Counted from the first letter of the stretch, positions 18,362 to 28,710 are shown. The stretch: DNA of 64,000 bases from Myxococcota bacterium (GCA_965223415.1 OZ245002.1:3168001-3232000), one strand, 5' to 3'. The notes: a model not told the origin generated them from the letters alone. Numbers and translations: made by a program.

Positions 18362-20251
18362 GTGCCGGAGCCGCCCGTCCCCGCTACCTCCGCTGCGCCC
18401 CGCGTCCTGTGGGTGCTGCGCGGCCTGCTGCTGATCTTCGTGCTCCATCTCGTGTTCGGCGACGACCCGTTCCGGGAGGGCATCGCCGAACGCGAGGCCA
18501 AGGGGCAGCGCCTGCGTCCCCAGGACTACGCGGCCACCTACACCTGGTGGATGGCGCTGGTGAATGCGCTGGCGGTGACCGCGGCGTTGGCGACCTGGCG
18601 CCGCTGGTGGGGCCCGGCGGCGTCCCCCGAGAACCCGCGCTTCGCCGCGCCGGAGCCCCGTCCGTCGCGCTGGCTGGTGGCCGGTGTCGCCCTCGCCATG
18701 CTCGGGCTGGCCGTGACCGCCGCGCCGCGTCTGTCCCACTCCCTGTGGGAGGACGAGAAGTACATGGTGGTGCGTTCGATCGCCGGCCAGTACTCGGTCC
18801 AGGAAGACGGAAGCCTCGAGTTCGGCGACGTCCCCTGGCGCGACACCTTCTTCTACTACCGCAAGCCCAACAACCACGTTCCCTACTCCGTGGCGGCGCG
18901 GCTCTTCCACGGGGCGTGGGCCGCGGTCGCCGGCCCCGCCCACGAGCTGGTCGACGAGCGGGTCGTCCGCGCCCCCGCGCTGCTGGCGGGCCTGGCTGGC
19001 CTCGGGAGCCTCGCCTGGCTGCTCTGGCGGCTCGGGTTGCCCCTGGCGGGCCTCGCGGGAGCCTGGCTCCTCGCCGTCCATCCCTGGTACCTGCGCTACG
19101 CCAGCGAGGTGAGAGGCTACGCGTTCCTGCTCGCGCTCCTCCCGGCCTTGGTGATCACCGGCCTGCGCGCCCTCGAGCGGGGAAGCTGGGGGCGTTGGGC
19201 GACCTTCGCCCTCGTGGAGGGGCTCGTGCTCTGGACGTATCCGGGCGCGCTCTTCGTCCTGGTCGTCGCGAACCTCTTCTTGGCCATCGAGGTGCTGCGA
19301 CTTCGCGGTGCGGACCGCAGCGTCCAGCTGACCCGCTTCCTCGTCGCGAACACCGCCGCAGGCCTCGCCTGGCTGCAGATGAACCTGCCGAACATGATGC
19401 AGTTCCTGCCCTACACCGACAGCTGGAAGGGCGAGGTCTCCGTGAAGCTGCTGCGACAGGTCGGGAGCTACCTGGTGATGGGCATGCCCTGGCACTGGCG
19501 GCGCGAGGGCTTCGTCTCCCTGGAGACCCAGCTCGAGGCCGCGCCGCTCCTGCTGGTCCTGGTGCTCGTGGGGGCTTTCGTCGCGCTCCTGCTCGGCGCC
19601 GGACGACTCGCCCGCAGCGGGAGCGCCGGGCTCGCCACCCTCGCCATCCTGTTGATCCCCGCTCCCCTCACCGTGCTGCTGGCGGCGGTGCGCGGCGACC
19701 ACCTCTACCCCTGGTACCTGATCCATGCGCTCCCGGGCGTGACCCTGCTCATCGCGGCGGGCATCACCCTGCCCGCTGCCTGGGGCCGGAAGGGCCGATG
19801 GGCGGCGGCCGGGCTGGCCGCCGTGGCGCTCTGCGCATACTTCGCCGCGACCCAGCCCATGCGGAGCATCGTGCGGGAGCGGGCGCTCCAGCCCACCCGG
19901 GACATGGTGAGGACCGTGCGCCCCAACCCCGACGTCCTCGCCGTGGAGCACGGGGAGATCCTGACGGGCGCGGTCTACGGTCCGCCCCGCTACTACGACC
20001 CCCGCTCCGTCGACCTGCCGACGGCCGAGGCCGTCGCCGAGCTGATGCAGGAGGCGGATCGAAGGGGCCTTCCGCTCTACGTCACCTACAACCGCCCCGG
20101 CCTGGCGGCGAAGCGGCGCCCCGAGGCCCGGGCGATGCTCGACCGCGAGGACCTTTTCAAACGCATCGCCGTGTTGGAGGGCGTGGAGCCGAAGTCCCAG
20201 CACGTGGTCTTCCGCTACCGGCCCGGCGCCTTCCGGCCCGGCGCCGAGTAG
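18362..20251 (+). CDS. Polytopic membrane glycosyltransferase (GT-C, PMT/ArnT-like)
   Basis: SLWEDE after TM, PNNHVPYS, RAPAL, YASEVRGYA; many TM segments. Confidence 0.7.
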   Translation: MPEPPVPATSAAPRVLWVLRGLLLIFVLHLVFGDDPFREGIAEREAKGQRLRPQDYAATYTWWMALVNALAVTAALATWRRWWGPAASPENPRFAAPEPRPSRWLVAGVALAMLGLAVTAAPRLSHSLWEDEKYMVVRSIAGQYSVQEDGSLEFGDVPWRDTFFYYRKPNNHVPYSVAARLFHGAWAAVAGPAHELVDERVVRAPALLAGLAGLGSLAWLLWRLGLPLAGLAGAWLLAVHPWYLRYASEVRGYAFLLALLPALVITGLRALERGSWGRWATFALVEGLVLWTYPGALFVLVVANLFLAIEVLRLRGADRSVQLTRFLVANTAAGLAWLQMNLPNMMQFLPYTDSWKGEVSVKLLRQVGSYLVMGMPWHWRREGFVSLETQLEAAPLLLVLVLVGAFVALLLGAGRLARSGSAGLATLAILLIPAPLTVLLAAVRGDHLYPWYLIHALPGVTLLIAAGITLPAAWGRKGRWAAAGLAAVALCAYFAATQPMRSIVRERALQPTRDMVRTVRPNPDVLAVEHGEILTGAVYGPPRYYDPRSVDLPTAEAVAELMQEADRRGLPLYVTYNRPGLAAKRRPEARAMLDREDLFKRIAVLEGVEPKSQHVVFRYRPGAFRPGAE

Positions 20252-20289
20252 CCCCCCCGGGCTACCCTCGCCGGCCCAAGGAGGACCCG

Positions 20290-21255
20290 ATGGATCGCTT
20301 CGAGGATCGGATCGCCGTGATCACCGGCGGCGGCACCGGCATGGGCCGCGAGCTCGCCCGACAGCTGGCCGCCGAGGGCTGTCACGTCGCGATGTGCGAC
20401 GTCTCCGAGGAGACGATGGCCCAGACGAAAGCGCTGTGTGAGGCGGAGGCGCCCCGGGGCGTGCGCGTGACGACCCACCTGGCCGACGTCTCGATCGAGA
20501 AGCAGGTGTCGGCCTTCCGCGACGCGGTGGTCGCCGAGCACGAGACCGACTGCGTGCACCTCGTCTTCAACAACGCCGGCATCGGTGGCGCGGGAAGCAT
20601 GGTCCTCGACGACCGCGAAGAGTGGGACAAGACCTTCGCGGTGTGCTGGAACGGCGTCTACTACGGAACGCGCGCTTTCCTCCCGCTTCTCCTGGCCGCC
20701 GACGAGGGGCACCTGATCAACACCAGCAGCGTGAACGGCTTCTGGGCGTCCCTCGGGCCGATGACCGCCCACACCTCCTACAGCGCGGCGAAGTTCGCGG
20801 TGAAGGGGTTCACCGAGGCGTTGGTGAACGACTTTCGTCTGAACGCGCCCCATCTGAAGGCCTCGCTGGTGATGCCCGGGCACATCGGCACCTCGATCGT
20901 GATCAACTCGGGCAAGATCTTGGGGCGGGATCCCAAGGAGATGAGCGACGACGAGATCGAGCAGGCGCGGGAGCGCATGGCGCGCCTGGGCTTCGACCCG
21001 GGCGGCGCCACGAACGACGAGATCCGTCAGGCCCTCCAGCAGCGTGCGGAGGACTTCCGGGACAACGCACCGCTCACTGCGGCCCAGGCGGCGGGCATCA
21101 TCCTGGACGGCGTACGCAAGGAGCGTTGGCGCATCCTGGTCGGCGAGGACGCGGAGGCCCTCGACCGGCTCGTGCGCGAGAACCCGGAGGAGGCCTACGA
21201 GCCCTCCTTCATGGAGAAGCTCCTGGCGGCCACGAACTGGCAGCTCGGCCAGTGA
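20290..21255 (+). CDS. SDR oxidoreductase
   Basis: TGGGTGMG, NNAG, YSAAK; SD AAGGAGG. Confidence 0.92.
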   Translation: MDRFEDRIAVITGGGTGMGRELARQLAAEGCHVAMCDVSEETMAQTKALCEAEAPRGVRVTTHLADVSIEKQVSAFRDAVVAEHETDCVHLVFNNAGIGGAGSMVLDDREEWDKTFAVCWNGVYYGTRAFLPLLLAADEGHLINTSSVNGFWASLGPMTAHTSYSAAKFAVKGFTEALVNDFRLNAPHLKASLVMPGHIGTSIVINSGKILGRDPKEMSDDEIEQARERMARLGFDPGGATNDEIRQALQQRAEDFRDNAPLTAAQAAGIILDGVRKERWRILVGEDAEALDRLVRENPEEAYEPSFMEKLLAATNWQLGQ

Positions 21256-22511
21256 GCGACCGGCCCGCCGGGATTCGCATCGAGGATCTCGCCGACCCGG
21301 TCCTCACCCCCCTCCAGCAGGCCGCCCGGGACGCCGCGGAGAAGATCCCGGTCGAGTTCACCCGCGAGGCGGTGCTCCGGGAGGCGATGGAGAAGACCGG
21401 CCTCTCGGACTTCGGTCTCCGGGACTTCGAGGAGCGCCTCGACGTCTGGTGCCGGAGCTTCGCCGAGGACGACACCCTGAGCGGCGTGGGCCGGGTCGGG
21501 TGCTATCGGGACGCGGTGCGCTACGCGGTCGCGCGGCTGCGCATGGAGGACTACGTCAAGCGGCATCCGGACGTGCTGGACGTGCCGATCCTGCGCCCCA
21601 TCATCGTCGTCGGCCTGCCGCGCTCGGGGACGACCCACCTGCTGAATCTGATGGCCGCCGATCGGCGACTGCGCTCCATGCCCTACTGGGAGAGTCTGGA
21701 GCCGGTGCCGGTCCCCGGTGAAGAGCCCGGGGAGGGCGGTGTGGATCCGCGGCGGGCCCGGTGCATCAAGGCCCACGAGCTGCAGCTGCAGCTGATGCCG
21801 CTCCTCAAGAACATGCATGACATGGCGCCGGACCACGTGCACGAGGAGATCGAGCTCCAGGGCCCGGACTTCTCCACCTACACGATCGAGTGGATCGCCC
21901 ACGTGCCGCGCTGGCGGGACTACTACTTCGCCCACGACCAGCGCCCCCACTACGCCTACCTGCGCCGGGCGCTCCAGATCCTGCAGCACCAGCGCGGGCC
22001 GGACCGCTGGGTGCTGAAGTCTCCCCAGCACCTGGAGCAGCTCGGTCCCCTGATCGAGACCTTCCCGGACGCGACCGTCGCCTTCACCCACCGCGATCCC
22101 GTGTCGGTCATCGCCTCCGCCATCACCATGAACTGCTACGGCGAGAGGCTGCGCTGCCGGAAGCCGAACCCGCCGGCGATGGCGGCCTACTGGATCGACC
22201 GCATCGAGCACCTGCTACGGCGCTGCGTCGCGGATCGGGAGCGGGTGCCCGCCGCCCAGAGCCTCGACGTGCTCTTCCACGAGTTCATGCAGGACGACCT
22301 GGCAACGGTCGACCGCATCTGCGCCCTGGCGGGGCTCGCCCGGACGGCCGAATCGAAGGCGCAGCTCGGGCGGTACATGGACGAGAACCCCCGCGGCAAG
22401 CACGGGCGCATCCTGTACGACCTGCAGGCCGACTTCGGCGTCGATCCGGAGGCCCTGCGGGAGCGCTTCCGCTTCTACTACGAGCGCTTCCCCGTGCGCG
22501 TCGAGGTCTGA
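21252..22511 (+). CDS. Sulfotransferase family protein
   Basis: GLPRSGTTHL (5'-PSB), WVLKSPQH, HRDPVSVIAS. Confidence 0.88.
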   Translation: MSDRPAGIRIEDLADPVLTPLQQAARDAAEKIPVEFTREAVLREAMEKTGLSDFGLRDFEERLDVWCRSFAEDDTLSGVGRVGCYRDAVRYAVARLRMEDYVKRHPDVLDVPILRPIIVVGLPRSGTTHLLNLMAADRRLRSMPYWESLEPVPVPGEEPGEGGVDPRRARCIKAHELQLQLMPLLKNMHDMAPDHVHEEIELQGPDFSTYTIEWIAHVPRWRDYYFAHDQRPHYAYLRRALQILQHQRGPDRWVLKSPQHLEQLGPLIETFPDATVAFTHRDPVSVIASAITMNCYGERLRCRKPNPPAMAAYWIDRIEHLLRRCVADRERVPAAQSLDVLFHEFMQDDLATVDRICALAGLARTAESKAQLGRYMDENPRGKHGRILYDLQADFGVDPEALRERFRFYYERFPVRVEV

Positions 22512-22512
22512 G

Positions 22513-23262
22513 TTGGCGGCCGGCGTCCGCTTCGACTTCTCTGGCGCCGCCGTGCTCGTCACCGGCGGGTCGAACGGCATCGGCGCGGGAATCGCCCAGG
22601 CGTTCCTCGCAGCGGGCGCGGAGGTCACCATCACCGGCACCCGCTCGGAGGCGGCGGGCTACGACCGCGACCTGTCCGCCTTCCGCTACCTGCCCCTCCA
22701 GGCGACGGATCGGGAGGGGCTGGAGGCGCTCGCCGGCGAGCTCCCGCACCTCGACGTGCTGGTGAACAACGCCGGCGCGAGCCTGCCCGGCGGGAGGAAC
22801 GAGGCGGTTCCCGACGTCTTCGAGGAGAGCGTGGCGATCAACCTGTTCGCGGCCTACCGGCTCTCGGTCGCCTGCAAGGAGAAGCTCGCGGCGAGTGGGC
22901 TGCCCGGTGGCGGCAGCGTGGTCAACCTGGCCTCGATGTCGTCCTACTTCGCCGTGCCCATGGTGCCCGGCTACGGCGCCGCCAAGGCGGCCATCGTGCA
23001 GATGACGAAGAACCTGGGCGTGGGCTGGGCACCGGAAGGGGTCCGGGTCAACGCCGTGGCACCGGGGCTCATCGAGTCGAACATGACCTCGGTGATGAAG
23101 GGCGTCGAGGTGCTCGAGAAACCCCAGATCGACCGCACCCCCATGGGCCGCTGGGGCACGCCGGAGGACGTCGCGCCCACCGTGCTCTTCCTGTGCAGCG
23201 AGGCGGCCCGCTTCGTGACCGGCCAGACCTGGAACGTCGACGGGGGCTACTCCGCCGCGTGA
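22513..23262 (+). CDS. SDR oxidoreductase
   Basis: TGGSNGIG, NNAG, YGAAK. Confidence 0.92.
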   Translation: MAAGVRFDFSGAAVLVTGGSNGIGAGIAQAFLAAGAEVTITGTRSEAAGYDRDLSAFRYLPLQATDREGLEALAGELPHLDVLVNNAGASLPGGRNEAVPDVFEESVAINLFAAYRLSVACKEKLAASGLPGGGSVVNLASMSSYFAVPMVPGYGAAKAAIVQMTKNLGVGWAPEGVRVNAVAPGLIESNMTSVMKGVEVLEKPQIDRTPMGRWGTPEDVAPTVLFLCSEAARFVTGQTWNVDGGYSAA

Positions 23263-23269
23263 CCCATCG

Positions 23270-24088
23270 TTAGGAGGCGCGCTGGCGCAGCGGGTAGCCG
23301 GGCGGGCGCTTGCCGTGCTCGTCCACCAGGTCGAACTCCTCCGCCAGGTCCTCGACCCACTGGATGCTGCCCGAGCGGGCGATCAGGTCGTCGGCGCCGA
23401 GCAGCGCGGCGGCGGCGCGGCCGACGAAGAGCGGGGTCTGGGCCTTCGAGAGGTCCATGCCGGTCTGCTGGGCCGAATCCTCGATGAACTCGGTGGAGAC
23501 GGCGCCGGGATAGAGCACCACGGCCGCCACCTCCTTCGGCGCCAGCTCCTGGGCCATGTCCTTCGTCAGGCGGTCGAGGCCGGCCTTGCCCGCTCCGTAG
23601 CAGCTGGAGAAGTGGTAGGTCTGGCCGCCCGGTGAGGAGACGTTGAGGATGGCGGCACCCGGGCCGCTCTCGAACAGCAGCGGCGCGGCGTGCCAGCTGG
23701 CGACGTAGTGCGCACGCAGGCCGATGCCCACCTGGTCGTCCCAGATCTGCAGCGGGTGGTCCCAGAAGCCCCCGCCCCAGGCGGGAGGATCCGGCACCTT
23801 GTAGACGTTGTTCACCAGCACGTCGATGCGGCCCGCTTCCTCGCGGATCCGCTCGAAGAGCGCGGCGATCTGGGCGTCGTCGCCGTGGTCGCATTGGACC
23901 GGCCGCCCCTCGCCCCCGGCCTCCTTCACGAGCCGGGCCGTCTCCTCGATCGTGCGCTCGCCGGCGCCGCTGGTGCGCCCGGTGACGTACACGGTGGCGC
24001 CGCGCTCGCCGAGCGCCCGGGCGATGCCCTTGCCCACGCCCCGGCTCGCCCCGGTGACGACCGTGATCTTCCCCGCCAGGGCGCTCAC
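23270..24088 (-). CDS. SDR oxidoreductase (DHRS1-like)
   Basis: GTGA overlap with DUF3604 stop; TGASRGVGKG, YGAGK. Confidence 0.9.
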   Translation of the reverse strand: MSALAGKITVVTGASRGVGKGIARALGERGATVYVTGRTSGAGERTIEETARLVKEAGGEGRPVQCDHGDDAQIAALFERIREEAGRIDVLVNNVYKVPDPPAWGGGFWDHPLQIWDDQVGIGLRAHYVASWHAAPLLFESGPGAAILNVSSPGGQTYHFSSCYGAGKAGLDRLTKDMAQELAPKEVAAVVLYPGAVSTEFIEDSAQQTGMDLSKAQTPLFVGRAAAALLGADDLIARSGSIQWVEDLAEEFDLVDEHGKRPPGYPLRQRAS

Positions 24089-25944
24089 GATCCCGCCCCT
24101 GCCCGGTAGTGGATCGGCGACGTGTAGGCGCGCTCCTGGATCGAGATCGGATGCTCCGTCTCGGCCGGATCGATGCCCAGGGCGATCGCGTCCCATACGG
24201 AGTGGCGGGGCGTCGGTACCTCGAGCACGCGCACGTAGTAGAAGGCGTTCCGCGTCCCGTCGAAGTCCGGGTCCCCCCACACGGCGGACAGCACGGGTGC
24301 GCCGTGCTCGTTGGTGTAGGTGGCGGTCGACGCGTCGACGGTGTCGGGCACCGGCGGCACCTGGCCCGTGGAGTCCGGGGCGCGCTCGCCCGACCACACG
24401 ACGTCGAAGACCCGCTCGTGGGTGGCGCCCTCGCCATCGATCCAGCCCTTCACCATCTGCACGCGATCCAGGTGCGCGCTCTTCGGGTCCTTGGCCGCGT
24501 GAACGAGGAAGCGGGGGGCGCCGTCGCCGCTGCGCGGCGGCAGGTCGGCGCCCATCGGCACGCCGCCCGCGGCACCCACCCGGGCGATCTCCGCCGCCTC
24601 GGCGTCGGACGCCTCGAAGCCCCATCCGCCGAATACCCGCACGACGATCCGCGGACCGGTGGTGGCGTACACCTCCTTGCGCCGGAAGGCCTCGAGGATG
24701 GCGCTGCGGGAGTTCTCCGGCGCCCACACCGCGGCGAGGCCCGAGGCCGACATCGACCAGCCGTTCGGGCCGCCGGCTCCGCGCCAGACCGGGTTCTTGC
24801 CTTCCGGAATCGAGTCTCGCGCCAGCTTGCCCCAGAAGTTCGGCTCCTCCGCCGAGGCCACGCCGGTGTGGGCGTCGGTCGAGCCGATCAGGCCGAAGCG
24901 ATAGGGGTTGAAGCCGATCCGCTCCTCGATCGCCAGGCCGCGCAGCAGTGCGCTCCGCACGTAGTCGCCGGGCGTGGGATCGTAGGGCGGCGGGTTCTGC
25001 TGGATGTAGTGGGGGTAGGTCTCGAAGTCGGCGAAGGGATCGTCCGGAGAGACGGCGGGATGGGTCTCCGAATCGCCCTTGATCTGGGTCACCTCGACCA
25101 CCGGCTCCCAGCGGGCGCGAATCCGGGCGTACTCGGGGCCCATGGGCTCTCCGCGCAAGCTCGTCTCCGCGAACATGTAGCCCTTGGAGATGTTCGAGTT
25201 GTGGGGGATGGCCACGAATTCGGCGCCGGTCTCCTGGGTCGTCTTCTCGAGCCAGCTCCAGAGATCCTCCGGGTACATGCTGTCCGCGGAGCTCCAGGGC
25301 TGGAACTTCGACGCCACGTCGGCGCCCGCGCTCGTGAACACGACCCGGTGCAGGTTGGCGCCGGCCGGGATCGCGCTCCACTCCCAACCGATCAGGGCGG
25401 TGAAGCGGCCCGGGTCGTTGTGGGCGTCGGCGGTCCTGATCGCCTCCTGCCAGGTCGTCCGTGACATCCGATCCGCGTTCGGGATGGGCGTGCCAACGCT
25501 CTGGGCCGCCGCCGCCTCCTCGACGTCGTTCGTATCCGGCAGCAAGGAGGAGAAGACGGTCATGCCCGAGTCGTCTTCCACGGCCCCACGGAACAACGCC
25601 TCGGCGCGCCACGCGATGAAGCGGTCGACCAGGCCGAGATCCTCCCGCGGCACGCCCTCCTCGACGATCCGCCGGATCACGCCGAGGAACTCCGCGTGAT
25701 CGGCGACCACCAGGAAGTCGAGGGGCGTCTCGATCTGCACCTTCGCCCGGTGGAAGGGATGGATCACCGGCAGGCCCTTCGCGTAGCGGTAGGCCGTCGC
25801 CGGGTCGGCGGTCATGTTCCGGTTCAGGAATGCGTCGAAGGAGTTGTTGGAATGGAGGTGCGTGTCGCCCCAAAGGAGCTGCTTGGGCTCCGCGGCCAGG
25901 GGCGAGGCGAGGGCGAGGACCAGGGCGGCAGTGAGGATGCGCAT
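24085..25944 (-). CDS. Secreted DUF3604 protein, paralog 2
   Basis: Signal peptide; WGDTHLHS, DHAE, WEWS, NLHR, IPHNSN, GSTDAH, QERAYTSPIHY. Confidence 0.9.
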   Translation of the reverse strand: MRILTAALVLALASPLAAEPKQLLWGDTHLHSNNSFDAFLNRNMTADPATAYRYAKGLPVIHPFHRAKVQIETPLDFLVVADHAEFLGVIRRIVEEGVPREDLGLVDRFIAWRAEALFRGAVEDDSGMTVFSSLLPDTNDVEEAAAAQSVGTPIPNADRMSRTTWQEAIRTADAHNDPGRFTALIGWEWSAIPAGANLHRVVFTSAGADVASKFQPWSSADSMYPEDLWSWLEKTTQETGAEFVAIPHNSNISKGYMFAETSLRGEPMGPEYARIRARWEPVVEVTQIKGDSETHPAVSPDDPFADFETYPHYIQQNPPPYDPTPGDYVRSALLRGLAIEERIGFNPYRFGLIGSTDAHTGVASAEEPNFWGKLARDSIPEGKNPVWRGAGGPNGWSMSASGLAAVWAPENSRSAILEAFRRKEVYATTGPRIVVRVFGGWGFEASDAEAAEIARVGAAGGVPMGADLPPRSGDGAPRFLVHAAKDPKSAHLDRVQMVKGWIDGEGATHERVFDVVWSGERAPDSTGQVPPVPDTVDASTATYTNEHGAPVLSAVWGDPDFDGTRNAFYYVRVLEVPTPRHSVWDAIALGIDPAETEHPISIQERAYTSPIHYRAGAGS

Positions 25945-25975
25945 GGGCGCATCCTACGCCGTCCCCGACGCCGGT

Positions 25976-26653
25976 TCACCCGCCTGGCGCCGAGAGACCG
26001 CGCACGAAGGTCTCGACGCCGCGCTCCAGCAGCCGGTCGAAGTTGCTGCGGGCCGGGGCCTGCATCAGGGCATCCCAGGCGTCGGCCACGTCTCCGTCCA
26101 GCCGCCCCGCAACGGCGCGGTGGTAGCGCACCACGTCCTCGGCGCTCCGGCCGGCCAGGCTCCGCTCCACCCGGGCCAGGGCCGTGACCTGGTAGAGCAG
26201 GTTCTGGGAGGCCTCGATCCGCTCGGCCGCCGGAAGCCCGGACCCGGCCAGGGCGCCGAGCAGGAGCGCCGTCGCCCGGGCGTTGAAGGCGGTGAGGCCC
26301 GGCTGCTCGCCATCGAGGAGCGCCAGCTCCGGATGATCGCTGAGCGCCGTCCGGATCGCGCGACAGGCCCCGAGGCAGGCCGCTCGCCAATCCTCCGGCG
26401 AGGAGTCCACCGGATCCGGAAGAGGCGCCTGGTCGCCGAGGCGGTCGGCGAGGGCGGCCAGCAGCTCGGAGCGGCTCCCGACGTGGCCGTACAGGGCCCC
26501 GGGGTCGACGCCGAGCCGGCGGGCCACCCCACGCATGGTGACGCGGGCGCCGTCCTCCCGGGCCAGGGCCTCCGCGGCCTCCAGGATGCTGTCCCGGCCG
26601 ATGCGGGGCGGCCGGCCCACGGGACGGGGAGCGCTCTCAGCTCGTGCGGTCAT
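25976..26653 (-). CDS. TetR/AcrR regulator (TetR_C-type C-terminus)
   Basis: VTMRGVARRLGVDPGALYGHV helix-turn-helix. Confidence 0.9.
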   Translation of the reverse strand: MTARAESAPRPVGRPPRIGRDSILEAAEALAREDGARVTMRGVARRLGVDPGALYGHVGSRSELLAALADRLGDQAPLPDPVDSSPEDWRAACLGACRAIRTALSDHPELALLDGEQPGLTAFNARATALLLGALAGSGLPAAERIEASQNLLYQVTALARVERSLAGRSAEDVVRYHRAVAGRLDGDVADAWDALMQAPARSNFDRLLERGVETFVRGLSAPGG

Positions 26654-26668
26654 CTCAAGGAGAGTTAA

Positions 26669-26681
26669 TCAACGGTGTTGA
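26669..26681. promoter_or_regulatory. Palindromic operator TCAAC-GGT-GTTGA
   Basis: Perfect 5-bp arms in an AT-rich gap between the divergent TetR and DUF3604 genes. Confidence 0.55.
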
Positions 26682-26736
26682 AAAACATCAAGGTCCTGTG
26701 CCACGATCTCCCTCCCTGCTTCTCCGGAGAACGACC

Positions 26737-28710
26737 ATGCGGGCACATCTCATCGCGCTGACGATTCTGGTAGGCCTTCTGGCGGGCGTCGGTCCCTGCC
26801 CCCCCGAGGAGCCGCCCGGCCAAGGCGGGGACCCGGGCCCGCCGCTTCCCTTCGCTCGGACCGAGGAGCGGGAGGCCTGCGCCCACTTCGACCCGCTGAA
26901 GCAGCCCTTCTTCGGAGAGACCCACATCCACACTGCGGTCTCCGCCGACGCCGTGATCAACGGAACGACGAACGGTCCGCGGGAGGCCTACGCCTTCTCC
27001 CAGGGCGCCGAGATCGAGCTGACCACGGCGACGCCGGGGCGCAAGCTCACGATCGATCGACCGCTGGACTTCGCCATGGTGTCCGACCACGCCGAGTACT
27101 TCGGTGAGACCGCGCACTGCGTCGATCCGAACTCGGTCGGCTATCTCCAGCCCCACTGCGTCGCCCTGCGCGCCGACATCGGGGCGACGAGCTTCCAGGT
27201 GCCGGGCATCCTCGTCTTCTACTTCCCCAGCCTCACGCCCTTCGCCCAGCGCTTCGACTGGTGCGGCACCGACGGCTCCATCTGCCTGAACGCTGCCGCC
27301 GGGGTGTGGCAGGACATGCAGGCGGCCGCCGAGGAAGCCTATGACCGCTCCTCTGAGTGCCGCTTCACCACCTTCCACGGCTACGAGTGGACGTCCAATC
27401 TGGCCCGCAACAACCTCCACCGCAACGTCATCTTCCGCAACGACGATGTGCCCGCCCTCCCGGTCACCGCCATCGAGGCGCCCTTCCAGGAGTCGCTCTG
27501 GGCCGGGCTCCAGACCGAGTGCCGCGACGGCCTCTCGCGATGCGAAGCGCTGGCGATCCCGCACAACTCGAACCTGAGTGGCGGCGTGATGTTCGCGCCC
27601 GTGAACGAGGACGATGGGACGCTGCTCTCCGCCGCCGATGCGATCGTGCGGGCGGCCAACGAGCCGGTGGTCGAGATCTACCAGCACAAGGGCGAGTCGG
27701 AGTGCCATCCCGGGCTCTCGGTGAACGACGAGCTGTGCGGCTTCGAGAAGCTGGACGCCACGAACCAGGGCGTCTCGCCCCCCGGCACCGTCCCGCCGCC
27801 GGCCAACATGGTGCGCAACGTGCTGATGGAGGGGCTCGCCCAGGCGGAGCAGCTCGGCGTGAACCCCTTCCAGATGGGCTTCATCGCTGCCACCGATTTC
27901 CACATGGCGAACAGCGGCGCGACCCGGGAAGAGGACTTCGCCTTCAGCGGCGGCGTCGGCAGCTTCGATGCCGATCCCGCCCAGCGCCTCCAGCTGCGCA
28001 GCGCCTTCGGCAACCAGGCCGGCTCCGGCGGGCTCGCGGTGGCCTGGGCGGAGGAGAACTCGCGGGACTCGATCTACGCGGCCTTCGAGCGGCGCGAGGT
28101 CTACGCCACCAGCGGAACCCGGCCCGTGGTGCGCACGTTCGGCGGCTTCCGGATCCGTCCGAACATGTGCGAGCGCGCCGACTTCGCCCTCGAGGGCTAC
28201 GACATCGCGGTGCCGATGGGCGGAAGCTTCGAGCCTCCGCCGGACGTGGCAGGGAAGCACCGCACGCCGAAGATCGCGGTCCTCGCCCACCAGGACCCCG
28301 GCCCCGCCGGCGAGCCGGGCACGCAGCTCCAGCGCATCCAGATCGTGAAGGGGTGGGTGGACGCGAGCGGTCAGACCCAGGAGGCGACCTACGACGTGGC
28401 CGGCGATCCGAACAACGGGGCGAGCGTCGACCTCGAGACCTGCGAGCCCCAGGGAGCGGGCTTCGCCAGCCTGTGCACCGTCTGGGAGGACCCGGACTTC
28501 GATCCCGCGGAGCGCGCCTTCTACTACGCCCGCGTGGTCGAGAACCCGACCTGTCGCTGGAACACCCACCTGTGCAACGCCCAGGGCGTCGACTGCAGCG
28601 ATCCGAACGGCGTTCCCACCGGCTTCGAGGCCTGCTGTGACGGCTCGCTTCCGGCGACGATCCAGGAACGGGCCTGGACCTCGCCGATCTGGTACGAGCC
28701 TGGGCCGTAG
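26737..28710 (+). CDS. Secreted Cys-rich DUF3604 protein, paralog 3
   Basis: SD GGAG; signal peptide; FGETHIHT, SDHAEY, GYEWT, IPHNSN, ATDFH, QERAWTSPIWY; 19 Cys. Confidence 0.9.
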   Translation: MRAHLIALTILVGLLAGVGPCPPEEPPGQGGDPGPPLPFARTEEREACAHFDPLKQPFFGETHIHTAVSADAVINGTTNGPREAYAFSQGAEIELTTATPGRKLTIDRPLDFAMVSDHAEYFGETAHCVDPNSVGYLQPHCVALRADIGATSFQVPGILVFYFPSLTPFAQRFDWCGTDGSICLNAAAGVWQDMQAAAEEAYDRSSECRFTTFHGYEWTSNLARNNLHRNVIFRNDDVPALPVTAIEAPFQESLWAGLQTECRDGLSRCEALAIPHNSNLSGGVMFAPVNEDDGTLLSAADAIVRAANEPVVEIYQHKGESECHPGLSVNDELCGFEKLDATNQGVSPPGTVPPPANMVRNVLMEGLAQAEQLGVNPFQMGFIAATDFHMANSGATREEDFAFSGGVGSFDADPAQRLQLRSAFGNQAGSGGLAVAWAEENSRDSIYAAFERREVYATSGTRPVVRTFGGFRIRPNMCERADFALEGYDIAVPMGGSFEPPPDVAGKHRTPKIAVLAHQDPGPAGEPGTQLQRIQIVKGWVDASGQTQEATYDVAGDPNNGASVDLETCEPQGAGFASLCTVWEDPDFDPAERAFYYARVVENPTCRWNTHLCNAQGVDCSDPNGVPTGFEACCDGSLPATIQERAWTSPIWYEPGP

